Shown: positions 29,470 through 40,021, counted from the first letter of the stretch. The stretch: 64,000 nt of DNA from an uncultured cyanobacterium (GCA_963740315.1 CAVUDP010000004.1:32001-96000); one strand, 5' to 3'. Notes: generated by a model not told the origin, from the letters alone. Made by a program: numbers and translations.

Positions 29470-30111
29470 ATGTCTTCCACAATACTAAAAAGACTGTCTA
29501 TTGCTACTGTTAGTGCTGTTGCGATTGCTTTTACAACAGCATCAGCAGCATCAGCCGCATCATTTGATTTTAGCGTTTCGGATGGACAAGATAAATCATT
29601 CCCATTAATTCAAGGTGACTTAGAGCTAACTGCAACCGGAAAAACTCGTAATGGTAATATTCGCGACGTTTTTCAAGGTTCCGATGGCTTCGGAGTTACT
29701 CGCGGAGAAGGGGAACGTAATGAAATCGATGGTAATGCTTTAGATAAAAAAGAGACACTTAATTTGCGTTTCAATAAGTTAGTAAAATTAATCTCTGCTA
29801 CCTTCAGTAGAGTTGATACCAACGACGACTTTAAACTATTTGTAGATGGAACCGAGTTAGTTGCTGCTGCAATTCCTGGTGGTAACGCTACCGATACAGG
29901 TAGTGGAACTTTTGACTTTAGTTCATACAATGCAACTGGAACAGTCTTAGGTTTCACTGTTGGGGATGATAATAACAACGAATACTTTTTAAAAGCTGTA
30001 GAAGTTCAAGAAGTTCCCGAACCTACAACTATATTAGGTTCGTTATTAGTGAGTGGATTTGGCGCAATGCTTTACAGAAAGCGCAAAAATCAATCTGATA
30101 TAAAAGCGTAA
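29470..30111 (+). CDS. PEP-CTERM sorting domain protein
   Basis: Signal peptide, then C-terminal VPEPTT + TM helix + RKRK. Confidence 0.92.
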   Translation: MSSTILKRLSIATVSAVAIAFTTASAASAASFDFSVSDGQDKSFPLIQGDLELTATGKTRNGNIRDVFQGSDGFGVTRGEGERNEIDGNALDKKETLNLRFNKLVKLISATFSRVDTNDDFKLFVDGTELVAAAIPGGNATDTGSGTFDFSSYNATGTVLGFTVGDDNNNEYFLKAVEVQEVPEPTTILGSLLVSGFGAMLYRKRKNQSDIKA

Positions 30112-30152
30112 ATAAGTAGAAAGATAGTTTTTTAGCGCAAGTTGATTATTTT

Positions 30153-30184
30153 AAACCCGGTTTCTTGATGAAATCGGGTTTTTC
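30153..30184 (+). terminator. Probable intrinsic terminator after the PEP-CTERM gene
   Basis: AAACCCGGTTTC-TTGAT-GAAATCGGGTTTTT hairpin with T tract. Confidence 0.6.
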
Positions 30185-30318
30185 TTGCGAAGCGAGTAGA
30201 TAAGCGATCGCTATGCCCTAATTCCAATGTCGTACCTTCCACACTCGCACGATTTAACACAATGTATTTAAAATATGAAGAGAAGTTAAGACGTTTTCAC
30301 AAATAAGAGTTATTAACA

Positions 30319-30975
30319 ATGGGATTATTTGGACTTGGTAAAAAGCAGACTATACCTACTGCCCAAGAAGCTTTACCGGGAAGGGCACAGCAAATGCCAG
30401 TACCTGAAAAACATCATGTCAACGGTAATCCTCTCAAACCTCCTTTCCCCGAAGGTATGGATTCAGTTGTATTTGGGATGGGATGTTTTTGGGGTGCGGA
30501 ACGTAAATTCTGGCAGTTGGATGGAGTTTATACTACTGCTGTAGGTTATGCTGCTGGTTCAACTCCTAACCCTACATATAAAGAAGTGTGTAGTGGAATG
30601 ACTGGTCATAATGAAGTTGTGCTAGTTGTGTACGATCCGAAAAAAGTTAGTTACGAACAACTGTTAAAAACTTTTTGGGAAAGTCACAATCCTACTCAAG
30701 GAATGCGCCAGGGTAATGACTCTGGTACCCAGTATCGTTCGGGAATTTACACATATTCTGACGCACAGAAAAAGCAGGCAGAAGCATCACTCGATTCTTA
30801 TCAAGAAGCTTTGAAGTCAGCTGGTTATGGCGACATTACCACAGAAATTCTTGATGCTCCCGAATTTTACTATGCTGAAGATTACCATCAGCAGTATCTC
30901 GCCAAAAATCCTAACGGTTATTGCGGATTAGGTGGTACTAATGTTAGTTGTCCCATTGGTGTAGCACAAGCTTAA
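30319..30975 (+). CDS. msrA: Peptide-methionine (S)-S-oxide reductase
   Basis: [36 protein letters not shown]. Confidence 0.97.
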   Translation: MGLFGLGKKQTIPTAQEALPGRAQQMPVPEKHHVNGNPLKPPFPEGMDSVVFGMGCFWGAERKFWQLDGVYTTAVGYAAGSTPNPTYKEVCSGMTGHNEVVLVVYDPKKVSYEQLLKTFWESHNPTQGMRQGNDSGTQYRSGIYTYSDAQKKQAEASLDSYQEALKSAGYGDITTEILDAPEFYYAEDYHQQYLAKNPNGYCGLGGTNVSCPIGVAQA

Positions 30976-31237
30976 AGGTTTTACGTGCCGACTTTAGTCC
31001 TCCATTGGCTGTAAATTAAATATAAAAGGTTTTACGTGCCGACTTTAGTCCTCCATTGGCTGTGAATTAAATATAAAAGGTTCGTAGTAAGGACTTTAGT
31101 CCTCAATTGGCTGTAAATTAAATATAAAAGATTCTACGTGCCGACTTTAATCCTCCATTGGCTGTGAATTAAATATAAAAGATTTTACGTGCCGACTTTA
31201 ATCCTGGGAGGAAAGGGCTTAAGCCCTTACTACGAAC
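30976..31237. repeat. Five ~51-bp tandem units derived from the RAYT REP, closed by an inverted REP
   Basis: Units near 30977, 31028, 31079, 31130 and 31181 carry GACTTTA(G/A)TCCT; unit 3 has the intact GTTCGTAGTAAGGACTTTAGTCCT; terminal AGGGCTTAAGCCCTTACTACGAAC at 31214-31237. Confidence 0.9.
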
Positions 31238-32301
31238 TAATTACCGTAAACTTGACGATAATAATCTTGATATTCTTGAGATAATAAAGGTTTCCACCAT
31301 TCACTGTTGTTGAGATACCACTCTACGGTTAGACGCAAACCTTCTTCAACCGTTATTGAAGGTGTCCAACCCAAATCGGTTTTGATTTTAGCTGCATTAA
31401 TAGCATATCTGCGATCGTGTCCGGCTCTATCTTTGACGAAGGTAATTAATTTTTCTGAAGGATTAACTGGTAAATTAGGTGCAAATTTATCCATTAGCTG
31501 GCACAACATATGAACTAAATTAATATTTTCAACTTCGTTATTACCACCGATATTATAAGTTTCTCCAGGTAAACCGGCGTTTATTACTACTTCTATTGCA
31601 CTACAATGATCGCCGACATAAAGCCAATCTCGCACGTTTTTGCCATCGCCGTAAACTGGTAATTGTTTACCTAATAAAGCATTAATACACATCAAGGGAA
31701 TTAGTTTTTCTGGAAACTGATAGGGACCGTAATTATTAGAACAATTGGTGATAATTGTTGGTAGTTCGTAGGTATGATAATAAGCTCTAACTAAATGGTC
31801 GCTACCAGCCTTGGATGCTGAATATGGACTATTTGGAGCGTAAGCTGTAGTTTCAGTAAAAGGCGGATCTTTTGGACTTAAGCTACCGTAAACTTCGTCG
31901 GTAGAAACGTGCAGAAAACGATAACGATCGGGTTTGTTTTGGGCTAACCAATATTGACGAAAGGCTTCTAAAAGCGTGTAAGTTCCGATAACGTTAGTTT
32001 GAACAAAAGCACCGGGTCCCAAAATTGACCTATCTACGTGAGACTCAGCAGCAAAATGAGCGATCGCATCTATTTTTTCTGCTTCTAAAAGTTCTTTGAT
32101 TGAAGAAGCATCACAAATATCTCCCTTCACAAACCGAAAATTATCTTTTTCTTTTAAAGAAGATAAATTAGCTTGATTACCCGCATAGGTAAGCGCATCT
32201 AATACCACTATTCTATCTTTAGGGTAATTTTCGCACCAATGATGCACAAAATTAGAACCAATAAACCCCGCACCACCCGTCACCAACAACCTACGACTCA
32301 T
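31237..32301 (-). CDS. rfbB: dTDP-glucose 4,6-dehydratase
   Basis: VTGGAGFIGSN, AAESHVDRS, HVSTDEVYG, YSASK, GHDRRY. Confidence 0.97.
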   Translation of the reverse strand: MSRRLLVTGGAGFIGSNFVHHWCENYPKDRIVVLDALTYAGNQANLSSLKEKDNFRFVKGDICDASSIKELLEAEKIDAIAHFAAESHVDRSILGPGAFVQTNVIGTYTLLEAFRQYWLAQNKPDRYRFLHVSTDEVYGSLSPKDPPFTETTAYAPNSPYSASKAGSDHLVRAYYHTYELPTIITNCSNNYGPYQFPEKLIPLMCINALLGKQLPVYGDGKNVRDWLYVGDHCSAIEVVINAGLPGETYNIGGNNEVENINLVHMLCQLMDKFAPNLPVNPSEKLITFVKDRAGHDRRYAINAAKIKTDLGWTPSITVEEGLRLTVEWYLNNSEWWKPLLSQEYQDYYRQVYGN

Positions 32302-32375
32302 TAAATTTACTCCTATGAGAGTTTCTTTTACGTTATATTACTTCATGAATTTTTTAATACGAATCTAAATGCAGG

Positions 32376-32402
32376 GAGACGTTGTAATACAACGTCTCTA
32401 CA
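32376..32402 (-). repeat. GTAG-type REP palindrome
   Basis: GAGACGTTGTAATACAACGTCTCTAC perfect hairpin with a CTAC tail. Confidence 0.7.
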
Positions 32403-32433
32403 TGATTGATATGTTGGCTATTCAGATAAAATA

Positions 32434-33423
32434 TTACGGTAATTTCTTTTTGATTTTATTAAATATTCTTTGTGTAGATAATTTTGCTAGACGCATTGTT
32501 GTTAAGGGTTTAATGTTTGAGGGATGACTTTGTTTGTGGTCGAAAAACTCGTTTAATTCATCTAAAATAACCTGGAAACGTGGGATAATATGTTCGCGGC
32601 GGTATTCTTGAAAAAAGCTTTCGGGTAAACTTAAAGCCGACCAATTTTGCAATACTTTAAGAATACGTTGGATATCATATTCTTTAGAATAGACAGCAAT
32701 TTTATCGCAATTGAATCCGGGATCTAAATAATCGGAAAGTCCACCATTGAGGCTAGAAAAAACTCTACATCCGCAAGCAAAAGCTTCCATAGGCTGCAAC
32801 CCAAATCCTTCAGTTACTCTTTGTTGCGCCCAGTATTCGGCGGAATCGTATATGTAAATCTTAGTTCGATTAAATAACGCTGCGATATCTTCTACATAAT
32901 AGTCAACTAACTCTAATTTACATTTTTGCTGCAATGCTGGAACTAAATCCTGGATTAAATATTCCGAAGATTTCCGCGCTAAAACTAAAACATCAATATC
33001 TCGTTCAAGATTTTGATTGTTGAATTCATCGCTAATTTGATTGGGTAAATAATAAATTAAAGAGTGAGGTGATAATTGTCCCCAATAACCCAGGGTATTA
33101 CGACTAACGGTAATAATCGGAATACTAGCCGGAAGTTTAAAACCGTAACCAGCACTATGGGCATGATAAACAACATTATAAGACTTGAGACGGGGAGCGA
33201 GTTTTGCGACATCAAATCCCCAGCTAATTACAAATATGACATCATTTAAATTTTGAAGCAGTACATCATCCAAGAAAAGTTTGTCTTTTTCCCTTTGTCG
33301 ATAAGTCACTACCTCAGCATCGCATATTTGTTTGGCAAGGTTTACAGCTTTTAATTCCGCCCATAAACCACCACAAGCAAATTTACCATCTGTGCCAGGA
33401 AGTAAGAAATAAAGTTTTCGCAT
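32434..33423 (-). CDS. Glycosyltransferase (GT-B-like)
   Basis: EGFGLQPMEAFACGC nucleotide-sugar motif; adjacent to rfbB. Confidence 0.8.
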   Translation of the reverse strand: MRKLYFLLPGTDGKFACGGLWAELKAVNLAKQICDAEVVTYRQREKDKLFLDDVLLQNLNDVIFVISWGFDVAKLAPRLKSYNVVYHAHSAGYGFKLPASIPIITVSRNTLGYWGQLSPHSLIYYLPNQISDEFNNQNLERDIDVLVLARKSSEYLIQDLVPALQQKCKLELVDYYVEDIAALFNRTKIYIYDSAEYWAQQRVTEGFGLQPMEAFACGCRVFSSLNGGLSDYLDPGFNCDKIAVYSKEYDIQRILKVLQNWSALSLPESFFQEYRREHIIPRFQVILDELNEFFDHKQSHPSNIKPLTTMRLAKLSTQRIFNKIKKKLP

Positions 33424-33554
33424 TTCTTAAAAGCTCATCCGATTTTAGATTTTAGATTTTAGATTTTGGATTGTAAATCAGAATTTTGCAAGATATTTAA
33501 GGTACAGTTAGGCAATTAGGAATTAGGAATTAGGAATTAGCAGTTAGCAGTTTT

Positions 33555-33950
33555 CTAACCTTTAACCTTTAGAAACCGTACCCATAGCCATCCTAGAAAA
33601 CTACCTACGAAGTAGACGGGAAAATCTGCCCACACAAAGGTGTTTCCTAAAACAAGTCTGCCGGGTAAAGTTGAACGGGCTGCTTGTAAAAATGGCGGTT
33701 TCCATAGCTGTAGAAATTCTATCGCGCAAGTTGCAATACAAACTGCGATCGCGATACGCAACGGGGAAACTTTAGGTAAAAGCAAGGCAAATAACAATAT
33801 CCAAAATATCTCGTAGGCAACGCTTCCTAAAGCATCATGCAGCCATGCTGGATTTAATCCCTGAGAAAATCTGACTATATATCCCAAAGGAATAATAATT
33901 ATCGTACTTGCTAGCAGCGCTATGCGATATTTAGAAATAGGTAAGCTCAC
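33555..33950 (-). CDS. DUF2809-like membrane protein
   Basis: IEFLQL...R....GRLVLGNTF.W.D pattern with TM helices. Confidence 0.75.
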   Translation of the reverse strand: MSLPISKYRIALLASTIIIIPLGYIVRFSQGLNPAWLHDALGSVAYEIFWILLFALLLPKVSPLRIAIAVCIATCAIEFLQLWKPPFLQAARSTLPGRLVLGNTFVWADFPVYFVGSFLGWLWVRFLKVKG

Positions 33951-34163
33951 TTTGCAGTAGTCTCGATAACGAAAATGAGTCTATTTTAAACACATCAAGC
34001 GCTCTAACAGTTATAAAAAACTAAAAAGCAGAGAATATGTTCCGAAATTCTCTGCTTTAATATTTGTATGTTATTGAATCCATGCTTTCTCAGAGGAGAG
34101 ATTAAAACAAAATACTTGTATCAATCTTGGATTAATCACTCTTGATTTCATGCTTACAATGTC

Positions 34164-34736
34164 TTAGCTAGTCAAACCGCTAAATAAACCTTTTGCAGCT
34201 GCGATTCCATCTTCAACACCAGCCCAGATTCCGGTATCGGGTTCTTTACCTACTAATTCACGAGTTCCCAAAGCATAAATAATTGCCTTCATTTGCTCTT
34301 GATGAGCGCGATTTTGAAAATTAACTTTGTTGATAGGATCTATTGCTTCTTCCCAATCTTCTCCAGCAGTTTGAGCGCACTTGTGTACCAGCAAACCAGT
34401 CATGACTAACTGATGCTTCATGCCTTCATGCTGCAATGCTTTTTCGTAAAGGTCTAATTCGCTGCCACCCATCATTTTATCAATGGTTTGAGCGAAACTC
34501 TTAACTTTCTCTTGAGGTTCGGATGAAGTACCAAATTTGGTAATCGCTGCTTCGATAGTTCCCAAGCTTTCTTGGTCATCCTTAAGCATATCTTGCATAC
34601 GCTTTGTAATCTCTCCATCGCTGATAGCCGAGATTAATTTCTGTTCGCTAGCAATCATCTGGTTTTGCAGCACTTTCATGTCTGCCAATTTCATGGCGAT
34701 CGCCTTGCGTTGAGTATCAGTTAATGTCGTTGCCAT
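34164..34736 (-). CDS. Ferritin/hemerythrin-like four-helix protein (cyanobacterial)
   Basis: Helical protein with QHEGMKH and NRAHQEQ motifs. Confidence 0.6.
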   Translation of the reverse strand: MATTLTDTQRKAIAMKLADMKVLQNQMIASEQKLISAISDGEITKRMQDMLKDDQESLGTIEAAITKFGTSSEPQEKVKSFAQTIDKMMGGSELDLYEKALQHEGMKHQLVMTGLLVHKCAQTAGEDWEEAIDPINKVNFQNRAHQEQMKAIIYALGTRELVGKEPDTGIWAGVEDGIAAAKGLFSGLTS

Positions 34737-34865
34737 AACGAGGTTTCCTCTTAATTCATTTCCTTTCCTAGTGTCACCAAGAGTTGACTTAGCTTCATCT
34801 TTCGTGCGACTTAAAACACATCTTTAAAATGGTTATTTTTTTGTAGTCATGAATACCACTTGGGA

Positions 34866-35062
34866 TAGGAGACAAGGAGAGGGGGAGATGGGAGAGAGGG
34901 GGGGATGGGGAGATGGGGAGATGGGAGGGATGGGGAGATGGGGAGATGGGGAGAGGGGGAGAGGGGGGAGAAATTATTCGCTTTAACCTTTAACCTTTAA
35001 CCTATAACCTTTAACCTTTAACCTTTAACCTATAACCTTTAACCTTTAACCTATAACCTTTA
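34866..35062. repeat. STRR-type short tandem repeats (GGGGAGAT tract, then TTTAACC/TATAACC heptamers)
   Basis: Directly visible. Similar tracts occur near 9997-10035, 12620-12705, 24975-25010, 25135-25195, 25522-25551, 33441-33550, 57260-57390, 58140-58230 and 62800-62826. Confidence 0.9.
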
Positions 35063-35071
35063 AGCAATTCC

Positions 35072-35716
35072 CTATTTCCAATTAACTTTTACAAAATAAG
35101 CTTTGCGTCCCATTGCATCATGCTTAAGGGTGATATTTTCAATTCCGAGGTTGAAAGGAATTGCGGTGGTAATATGGCGTTGAAAGAAAGCTCCTACATC
35201 TGGAGCAAGTTCGGTTGCGGTTGTTGTGGCTAAACTCAAACCAATTAATTGTTCGATCGGTCCTCGTGGTAATAATAAATGCATTCCTACAGCTAATCCT
35301 GCTGTCAATAACATGGCAACTGATGCATTTGTACCGCACCTTGGATGTACGGCTAAATTCCATTCTCCATCGATCAGCCGTTGTAGAGCAAGGTTTACAG
35401 CGCGTCGTAAATTACTGATGTTTACTTCACCATAAAGATAAAATCCTTCTTCAGTAGATAAACCACTGTACATCTGATTGTCAATTCCAATATTTTCACG
35501 GCTTATTTGAGTTGTTGGCGATCGCGATTCACTCAAAGTCCATACTGTAGCGTGTTCTAAAGCGTGAACCTGACGCACAATTAAAAGTTCTTTCAATCCA
35601 GGAACAAATGATAGCTGACTAAGTAAATCGGCATCTTGCGTGGGAGAGGGTGATATTAGATCCAAATTAAAAAAATCAAAGGATAGGTCACTACCTTTGG
35701 CAATTGAGGTATTCAT
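35072..35716 (-). CDS. Conserved protein (DUF6391-like)
   Basis: RQVHALEHAT and LAVHPRCGTN motifs. Confidence 0.7.
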   Translation of the reverse strand: MNTSIAKGSDLSFDFFNLDLISPSPTQDADLLSQLSFVPGLKELLIVRQVHALEHATVWTLSESRSPTTQISRENIGIDNQMYSGLSTEEGFYLYGEVNISNLRRAVNLALQRLIDGEWNLAVHPRCGTNASVAMLLTAGLAVGMHLLLPRGPIEQLIGLSLATTTATELAPDVGAFFQRHITTAIPFNLGIENITLKHDAMGRKAYFVKVNWK

Positions 35717-36112
35717 GGCAATATCGCTCCCCCACCGGATTAGGCAACATTATATAAACACTCTCAATGTAACCTTTTATCAAAGAAATTATTGCTAATT
35801 TTTGTTGATTATTAAATTTAGATTAAATATATGAAAGTTTGGGAGCAACAAGTACGTCTTCCGTAACTGGCGATCGCAACTGGAAATACCTGAAATACAC
35901 TTCACAATTATGGCTATATGAAAGAGTTTTTAAGCAAACGTATTAGAAGCAAATAATAAATTGCTTTATTCATCTTTATTTTATTTTAATAATTTCCTTA
36001 ACTAGGGTATTAATAAATTATTCGTGACTAACATTATTTATTAGTATTGCCTGTTAAGAGTTGGCTATTCGCTATGCCTTATTTAATAATTTTTAATTTT
36101 CAAATAATAGGT

Positions 36113-36260
36113 AAAAATTGACCCGTCCGTTGCTAGTCGGACGGGGGTGATTGCTGCTATCCGTATGCGCGTAGACAAATAACCCTGCGATTGCGCGTTT
36201 TAGAGATGAGTTAAGCACCAAAAAGTGAAGCGTGAGGAGAAGAAATAGCAGCAATCAATC
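36113..36260 (-). ncRNA. Putative structured RNA (3' UTR element or sRNA) ending in a terminator
   Basis: 13-bp perfect inverted repeat (36148-36160 / 36245-36257), followed on the minus strand by a CCCGTCCG/CGGACGGG hairpin and T tract; GC-rich island in AT-rich DNA. Confidence 0.45.
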
Positions 36261-36295
36261 AAAATTAACGAACAAAATAACTGTCACAGTGCTGT

Positions 36296-36592
36296 TTAAT
36301 CCTGCAAACGAGGAAGAGGACAGCAATTAACATCATTTAAACATACCTTACCCCAGTGCAAAGCCCAGCGGACAAGGGCAACTCGATTATCAGTCTGTGT
36401 TTTAGTGAGAATATTGCTGATATGGTTATCAACAGTACGCTTACTAATTTCTAGTTTTTCTGCAATTAGTTGGTTAGTTAAGCCAGTAGCCACTAAGTCG
36501 ATAATTTGCAGTTCTCTGTCTGAGAGACTAACAGGGGTCTGAGACTCGCCACCAGCCATTATAATTTCCATCCTCCCTTCTTTGTGGTACAT
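36296..36592 (-). CDS. pedR: Small LuxR-family HTH regulator, PedR-like
   Basis: LSDRELQIIDLVATGLTNQLIAEKLEISKRTVDNHISNIL HTH with C-terminal VCLNDVNCC cysteines; start may be the MAGGES codon at 36559. Confidence 0.8.
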   Translation of the reverse strand: MYHKEGRMEIIMAGGESQTPVSLSDRELQIIDLVATGLTNQLIAEKLEISKRTVDNHISNILTKTQTDNRVALVRWALHWGKVCLNDVNCCPLPRLQD

Positions 36593-36913
36593 GTACTTAA
36601 TTGCTCTTTCCCATTGTAGAAGATTGTATGGAAGGTAGGCGTTTCAACTGTTTAATGCAATACGATTGTCTATAATTTCTTTATCATTTAAGTAGATAGC
36701 TATACAGTATTTTATATGAGTATTTCTTTTAACTTTACCTAAAAAATAAAATTAGAGTTATCACCGAGGACAAATATAGAATGCAAGAGTAAGTGGAAAC
36801 AATTAAGAGTGAATGTTGGTGTTTATTTGTATGAACGATTGCTTTAGGAATGGCAAATATTAGTGTAGGTTTTATACAGAATTTCTTTTTAAAATTAAAA
36901 AAAGTCAAATTAA

Positions 36914-37885
36914 ATGAGCAATCCCCGTGTTTTATGTTTGGGTGAAATATTATATGATATGCTCGCCGACCAATTAGGGCGATCGCTCTCCGAAGTTGAG
37001 TCATGGACTTCTTATCCAGGGGGGGCACCAGCTAATGTTGCCTGTGCTTTAGTCAAACTAGGAACCCCATCAGGATTTATCGGCGCGGTAGGTGAAGATG
37101 AACCCGGAAATAATTTAGTAGAGCTTTTGCAACAAATTGGTGTAGACACAACCGGCGTACAGCGTCATTCCGAAGCACCTACCCGCCAAGTTTTAGTGAC
37201 GCGGAAACAAAATGGCGATCGCGTTTTTGCTGGATTCAAGGATTACGACACCGCCGAATTTGCCGATACTCGTCTCAAAGCTGCCCAAATACCAGAAAAA
37301 TTATTTGTAAATGCCGATTTTTTGGTCGTCGGAACTTTAGAATTAGCTTATCCCGAAAGTGGTGCAGCAGTTCACCGCGCTTTAGAATTAGCTTCTCAAT
37401 ACGACGTTAAAATTTTACTCGATGTCAACTGGCGCGATGTATTCTGGACTAATCCCGATGCTGCTCCCGACAAAATTCGCGAAATAATTAAAAAAATAGA
37501 TTTTCTCAAACTTGCTAAAGAAGAAGCTGAGTTACTATTTGATACTCACGATGCCGGGGCAATTACTTATAGACTCAACACTGTGGAAGGTGTATTAGTC
37601 ACGGATGGGGATAAAGGTTGTGCTTACTGTCTTGGTGAAAACGAAGATAAATTTCCTGCTTTTTCCGTTCCCGTAGTTGACACAACTGGTGCAGGAGATA
37701 GTTTTGTCGCTGGTTTTGTTCACCAACTGTTGCATTATGGCGTACAAAATCTCAGAGACGCGGAAGTAGTGAAAAAGATTATTGCTTATGCTAGTGCTGC
37801 GGGGGCTTTGACTACATTAAAACCCGGTGCGATCGCTTCTCAACCTACAGATAGTGAAGTGGAAAGTTTTCTCAAGGAGCATTGA
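36914..37885 (+). CDS. PfkB-family carbohydrate kinase (fructokinase-like)
   Basis: GGAPANVA, DVNWR, VDTTGAGDSF. Confidence 0.93.
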   Translation: MSNPRVLCLGEILYDMLADQLGRSLSEVESWTSYPGGAPANVACALVKLGTPSGFIGAVGEDEPGNNLVELLQQIGVDTTGVQRHSEAPTRQVLVTRKQNGDRVFAGFKDYDTAEFADTRLKAAQIPEKLFVNADFLVVGTLELAYPESGAAVHRALELASQYDVKILLDVNWRDVFWTNPDAAPDKIREIIKKIDFLKLAKEEAELLFDTHDAGAITYRLNTVEGVLVTDGDKGCAYCLGENEDKFPAFSVPVVDTTGAGDSFVAGFVHQLLHYGVQNLRDAEVVKKIIAYASAAGALTTLKPGAIASQPTDSEVESFLKEH

Positions 37886-38043
37886 AATAAGTTTAGTTAA
37901 AGCTTGTAGGTTGGGTTAGACACGTTTAGGAATTTGTTGCATAGCGATCTCTATAATTATCGTGTCGTAACCCAACATCAATATTTTGGGTGATAATCTG
38001 AGGTTAGCAATCGGATTTTATACTGTACCCGGCGCTTTGTTAC

Positions 38044-38137
38044 CGCTGCTACACAAACGAAACCCGGATGGTGCGCGGGTTATAAATATTAGTCCACGCA
38101 GGTGGACTTCGCCTATGTAGCAGCGAATTATATTCGC
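38044..38137. repeat. Multi-hairpin dispersed repeat between convergent genes
   Basis: CGCTGCTACA...TGTAGCAGCG outer stem enclosing AACCCG/CGGGTT and AGTCCAC/GTGGACT hairpins. Confidence 0.65.
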
Positions 38138-38167
38138 CGGTTACGTTGTGTTCGAGAAGAATTCCCA

Positions 38168-38644
38168 TCACAATTGATCTACAATATTTTGCACAATAAC
38201 TTCAAGCGGCTGCGAAATATCTACTGTAACCGCGTCTAAAGGTTCTTCAAGGGTATCAAATTGAGTTTTTAGAAGTTTTTCGCTCATAAAGTGATTTAAC
38301 CGTTCTTTTAAGCGTTTATGAATTAATTCAAACGAACCTTTGAGATAAACTAACTTTACATCACGATCTATTAAAAGCATCTGACGATAACTTTCTTTCA
38401 AAGCCGAGCAGGTTAAGACTAAATTTTTCTTTTCTGACAAGCAATGTTTAATTACATCTTGGATTTTTTGCAGCCAAGGCAATCTATCTGCATCATCCAA
38501 AGCTATACCGTTGTGCATTTTCTCAACATTTTGCTGGGAGTGGAAATCGTCAGCATCCGCAAATTTATAACCTAGAGATTCTGCCAGTTTTTTACCGACG
38601 CTAGTTTTACCGGAACCAGATACGCCCATTACGAGGATAATCAT
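38168..38644 (-). CDS. gntK: Gluconokinase
   Basis: MGVSGSGKT, DADDFH, DRLPWL, CSALKESYR, QFDTLEEP. Confidence 0.93.
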   Translation of the reverse strand: MIILVMGVSGSGKTSVGKKLAESLGYKFADADDFHSQQNVEKMHNGIALDDADRLPWLQKIQDVIKHCLSEKKNLVLTCSALKESYRQMLLIDRDVKLVYLKGSFELIHKRLKERLNHFMSEKLLKTQFDTLEEPLDAVTVDISQPLEVIVQNIVDQL

Positions 38645-38853
38645 TTATCTTTATAAATTAATGTATTGCGTTCAACAATCTTAAATTATAGGATTTAGAG
38701 TCAAATTCATATTTTGTACCAATCTCAACAAGCTCAAAAAAACCGGGAATATGCCGATTACCTTCGGTAGAGCTTAGTCTAACGCACAACGAAAAAATCA
38801 TGTTTTCATGAAATTTCGGTGTCTGAGAAAGGCGATCGTTTGTACTGGAACGA

Positions 38854-40008
38854 CTATATAAGATTTCTTCTATATATATAAACAACTTTCCCGCACCATG
38901 TAGATTCTTTGATAAATTTCATGCCAATTTTTTCTAAAACTTTTATTGAAGCTTGATTTTCTGGTTCGACAATTCCCAAAACATAATCAAAATTAAACTT
39001 AGTAAAAGCATATTCTAAACAAGCTTTCGCGGCTTCAGTTGCTAAACCCTGTCCCCAAAATTCAGAATCAATTCTATAACCCAATTCGTTTTCTAACTTA
39101 CCTTCAATTTCTTCAACAGCAATCCCGCAATAACCTATTAAACGTCCGCTTTCGCGATGAATTACCGCCCATTTTCCATAATTATTCTTTTGATAAGAAT
39201 CGAGAAAGCTTTGAATTCTCACTGCTGTTTGTTTAGTAGATAATACACCAGTGGCTGAAAATTGCATTACTTCCGGTTTTACGAGAATTTGCGCTAATGC
39301 TTCAATATCTAAAATTTGAAACTCGCGAATAATTAAGCGTTCTGTTTGAGTAATTATTTTTTCATTCATACTTCCGTCAATATTATCAGATGTTGTTAAA
39401 CTGGGTATTTTCAACAACTTCGTCAACCACTGAGTTTTATAATTTAACCACAGAGTAAAAACCAGAAATAAATGTATTACAAGCGTTATTTGAGCATAAG
39501 GTTTTACCGAAAAATCGTATATTTTTACCCAATCTCCACGAAAGGCAGTGAATGAAAACAGCGGATAAGCCACCAACGAGTAAACAAGTTGTGCTTGAGC
39601 AAAAGTATAAAATAACTGTTTTAAAACTGTTTTTTTAACTAAAGGTATCGCTAAAATTGCCAAATAACCCAGAGCAATCGAAACTAAATTACCGCTAAAC
39701 GCAATCCACCAAGATTCTACAGGAAGGAAATTTCCCGCAGCGATAACATAACCCCAAACTACTCGCCATTGAAATTCCCGAACTTCGCCACCTACCTGCA
39801 AAGTAGCTAAAGCGTGTCCTAATTCGTGAAACAAGACTCCCAAAGGAATCAGAATAAATACTGCAACTCTTTCTAATAAAAATCTATCTTTGGCAGTTAC
39901 TTTATCATCCCAAAATGAACGCCAATTATTCGATAAACGTAAAATGGTGTCAATACTGATGATACCGTAAATAATCGCCATGAAATCGAATGATGAGTCA
40001 TTGAACAT
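38854..40008 (-). CDS. Fusion of a membrane HExxH (M50-like) domain and a RimJ/RimL GNAT acetyltransferase
   Basis: FHELGHA and AFSGNLVS in the N-terminal half; TERLIIREF...ELGY...WGQGLATEAA...NQASIKVLEKIGM in the C-terminal half. Confidence 0.8.
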   Translation of the reverse strand: MFNDSSFDFMAIIYGIISIDTILRLSNNWRSFWDDKVTAKDRFLLERVAVFILIPLGVLFHELGHALATLQVGGEVREFQWRVVWGYVIAAGNFLPVESWWIAFSGNLVSIALGYLAILAIPLVKKTVLKQLFYTFAQAQLVYSLVAYPLFSFTAFRGDWVKIYDFSVKPYAQITLVIHLFLVFTLWLNYKTQWLTKLLKIPSLTTSDNIDGSMNEKIITQTERLIIREFQILDIEALAQILVKPEVMQFSATGVLSTKQTAVRIQSFLDSYQKNNYGKWAVIHRESGRLIGYCGIAVEEIEGKLENELGYRIDSEFWGQGLATEAAKACLEYAFTKFNFDYVLGIVEPENQASIKVLEKIGMKFIKESTWCGKVVYIYRRNLI

Positions 40009-40021
40009 GAATAACCTTAAA

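Noticed and set aside
30976..31213. 51-bp repeats as a CRISPR array
   Set aside because: The sequence between the hairpins is also repeated; the units derive from the REP.
36148..36257. Long inverted repeat as a retron msr-msd
   Set aside because: No reverse transcriptase gene is present in the window.
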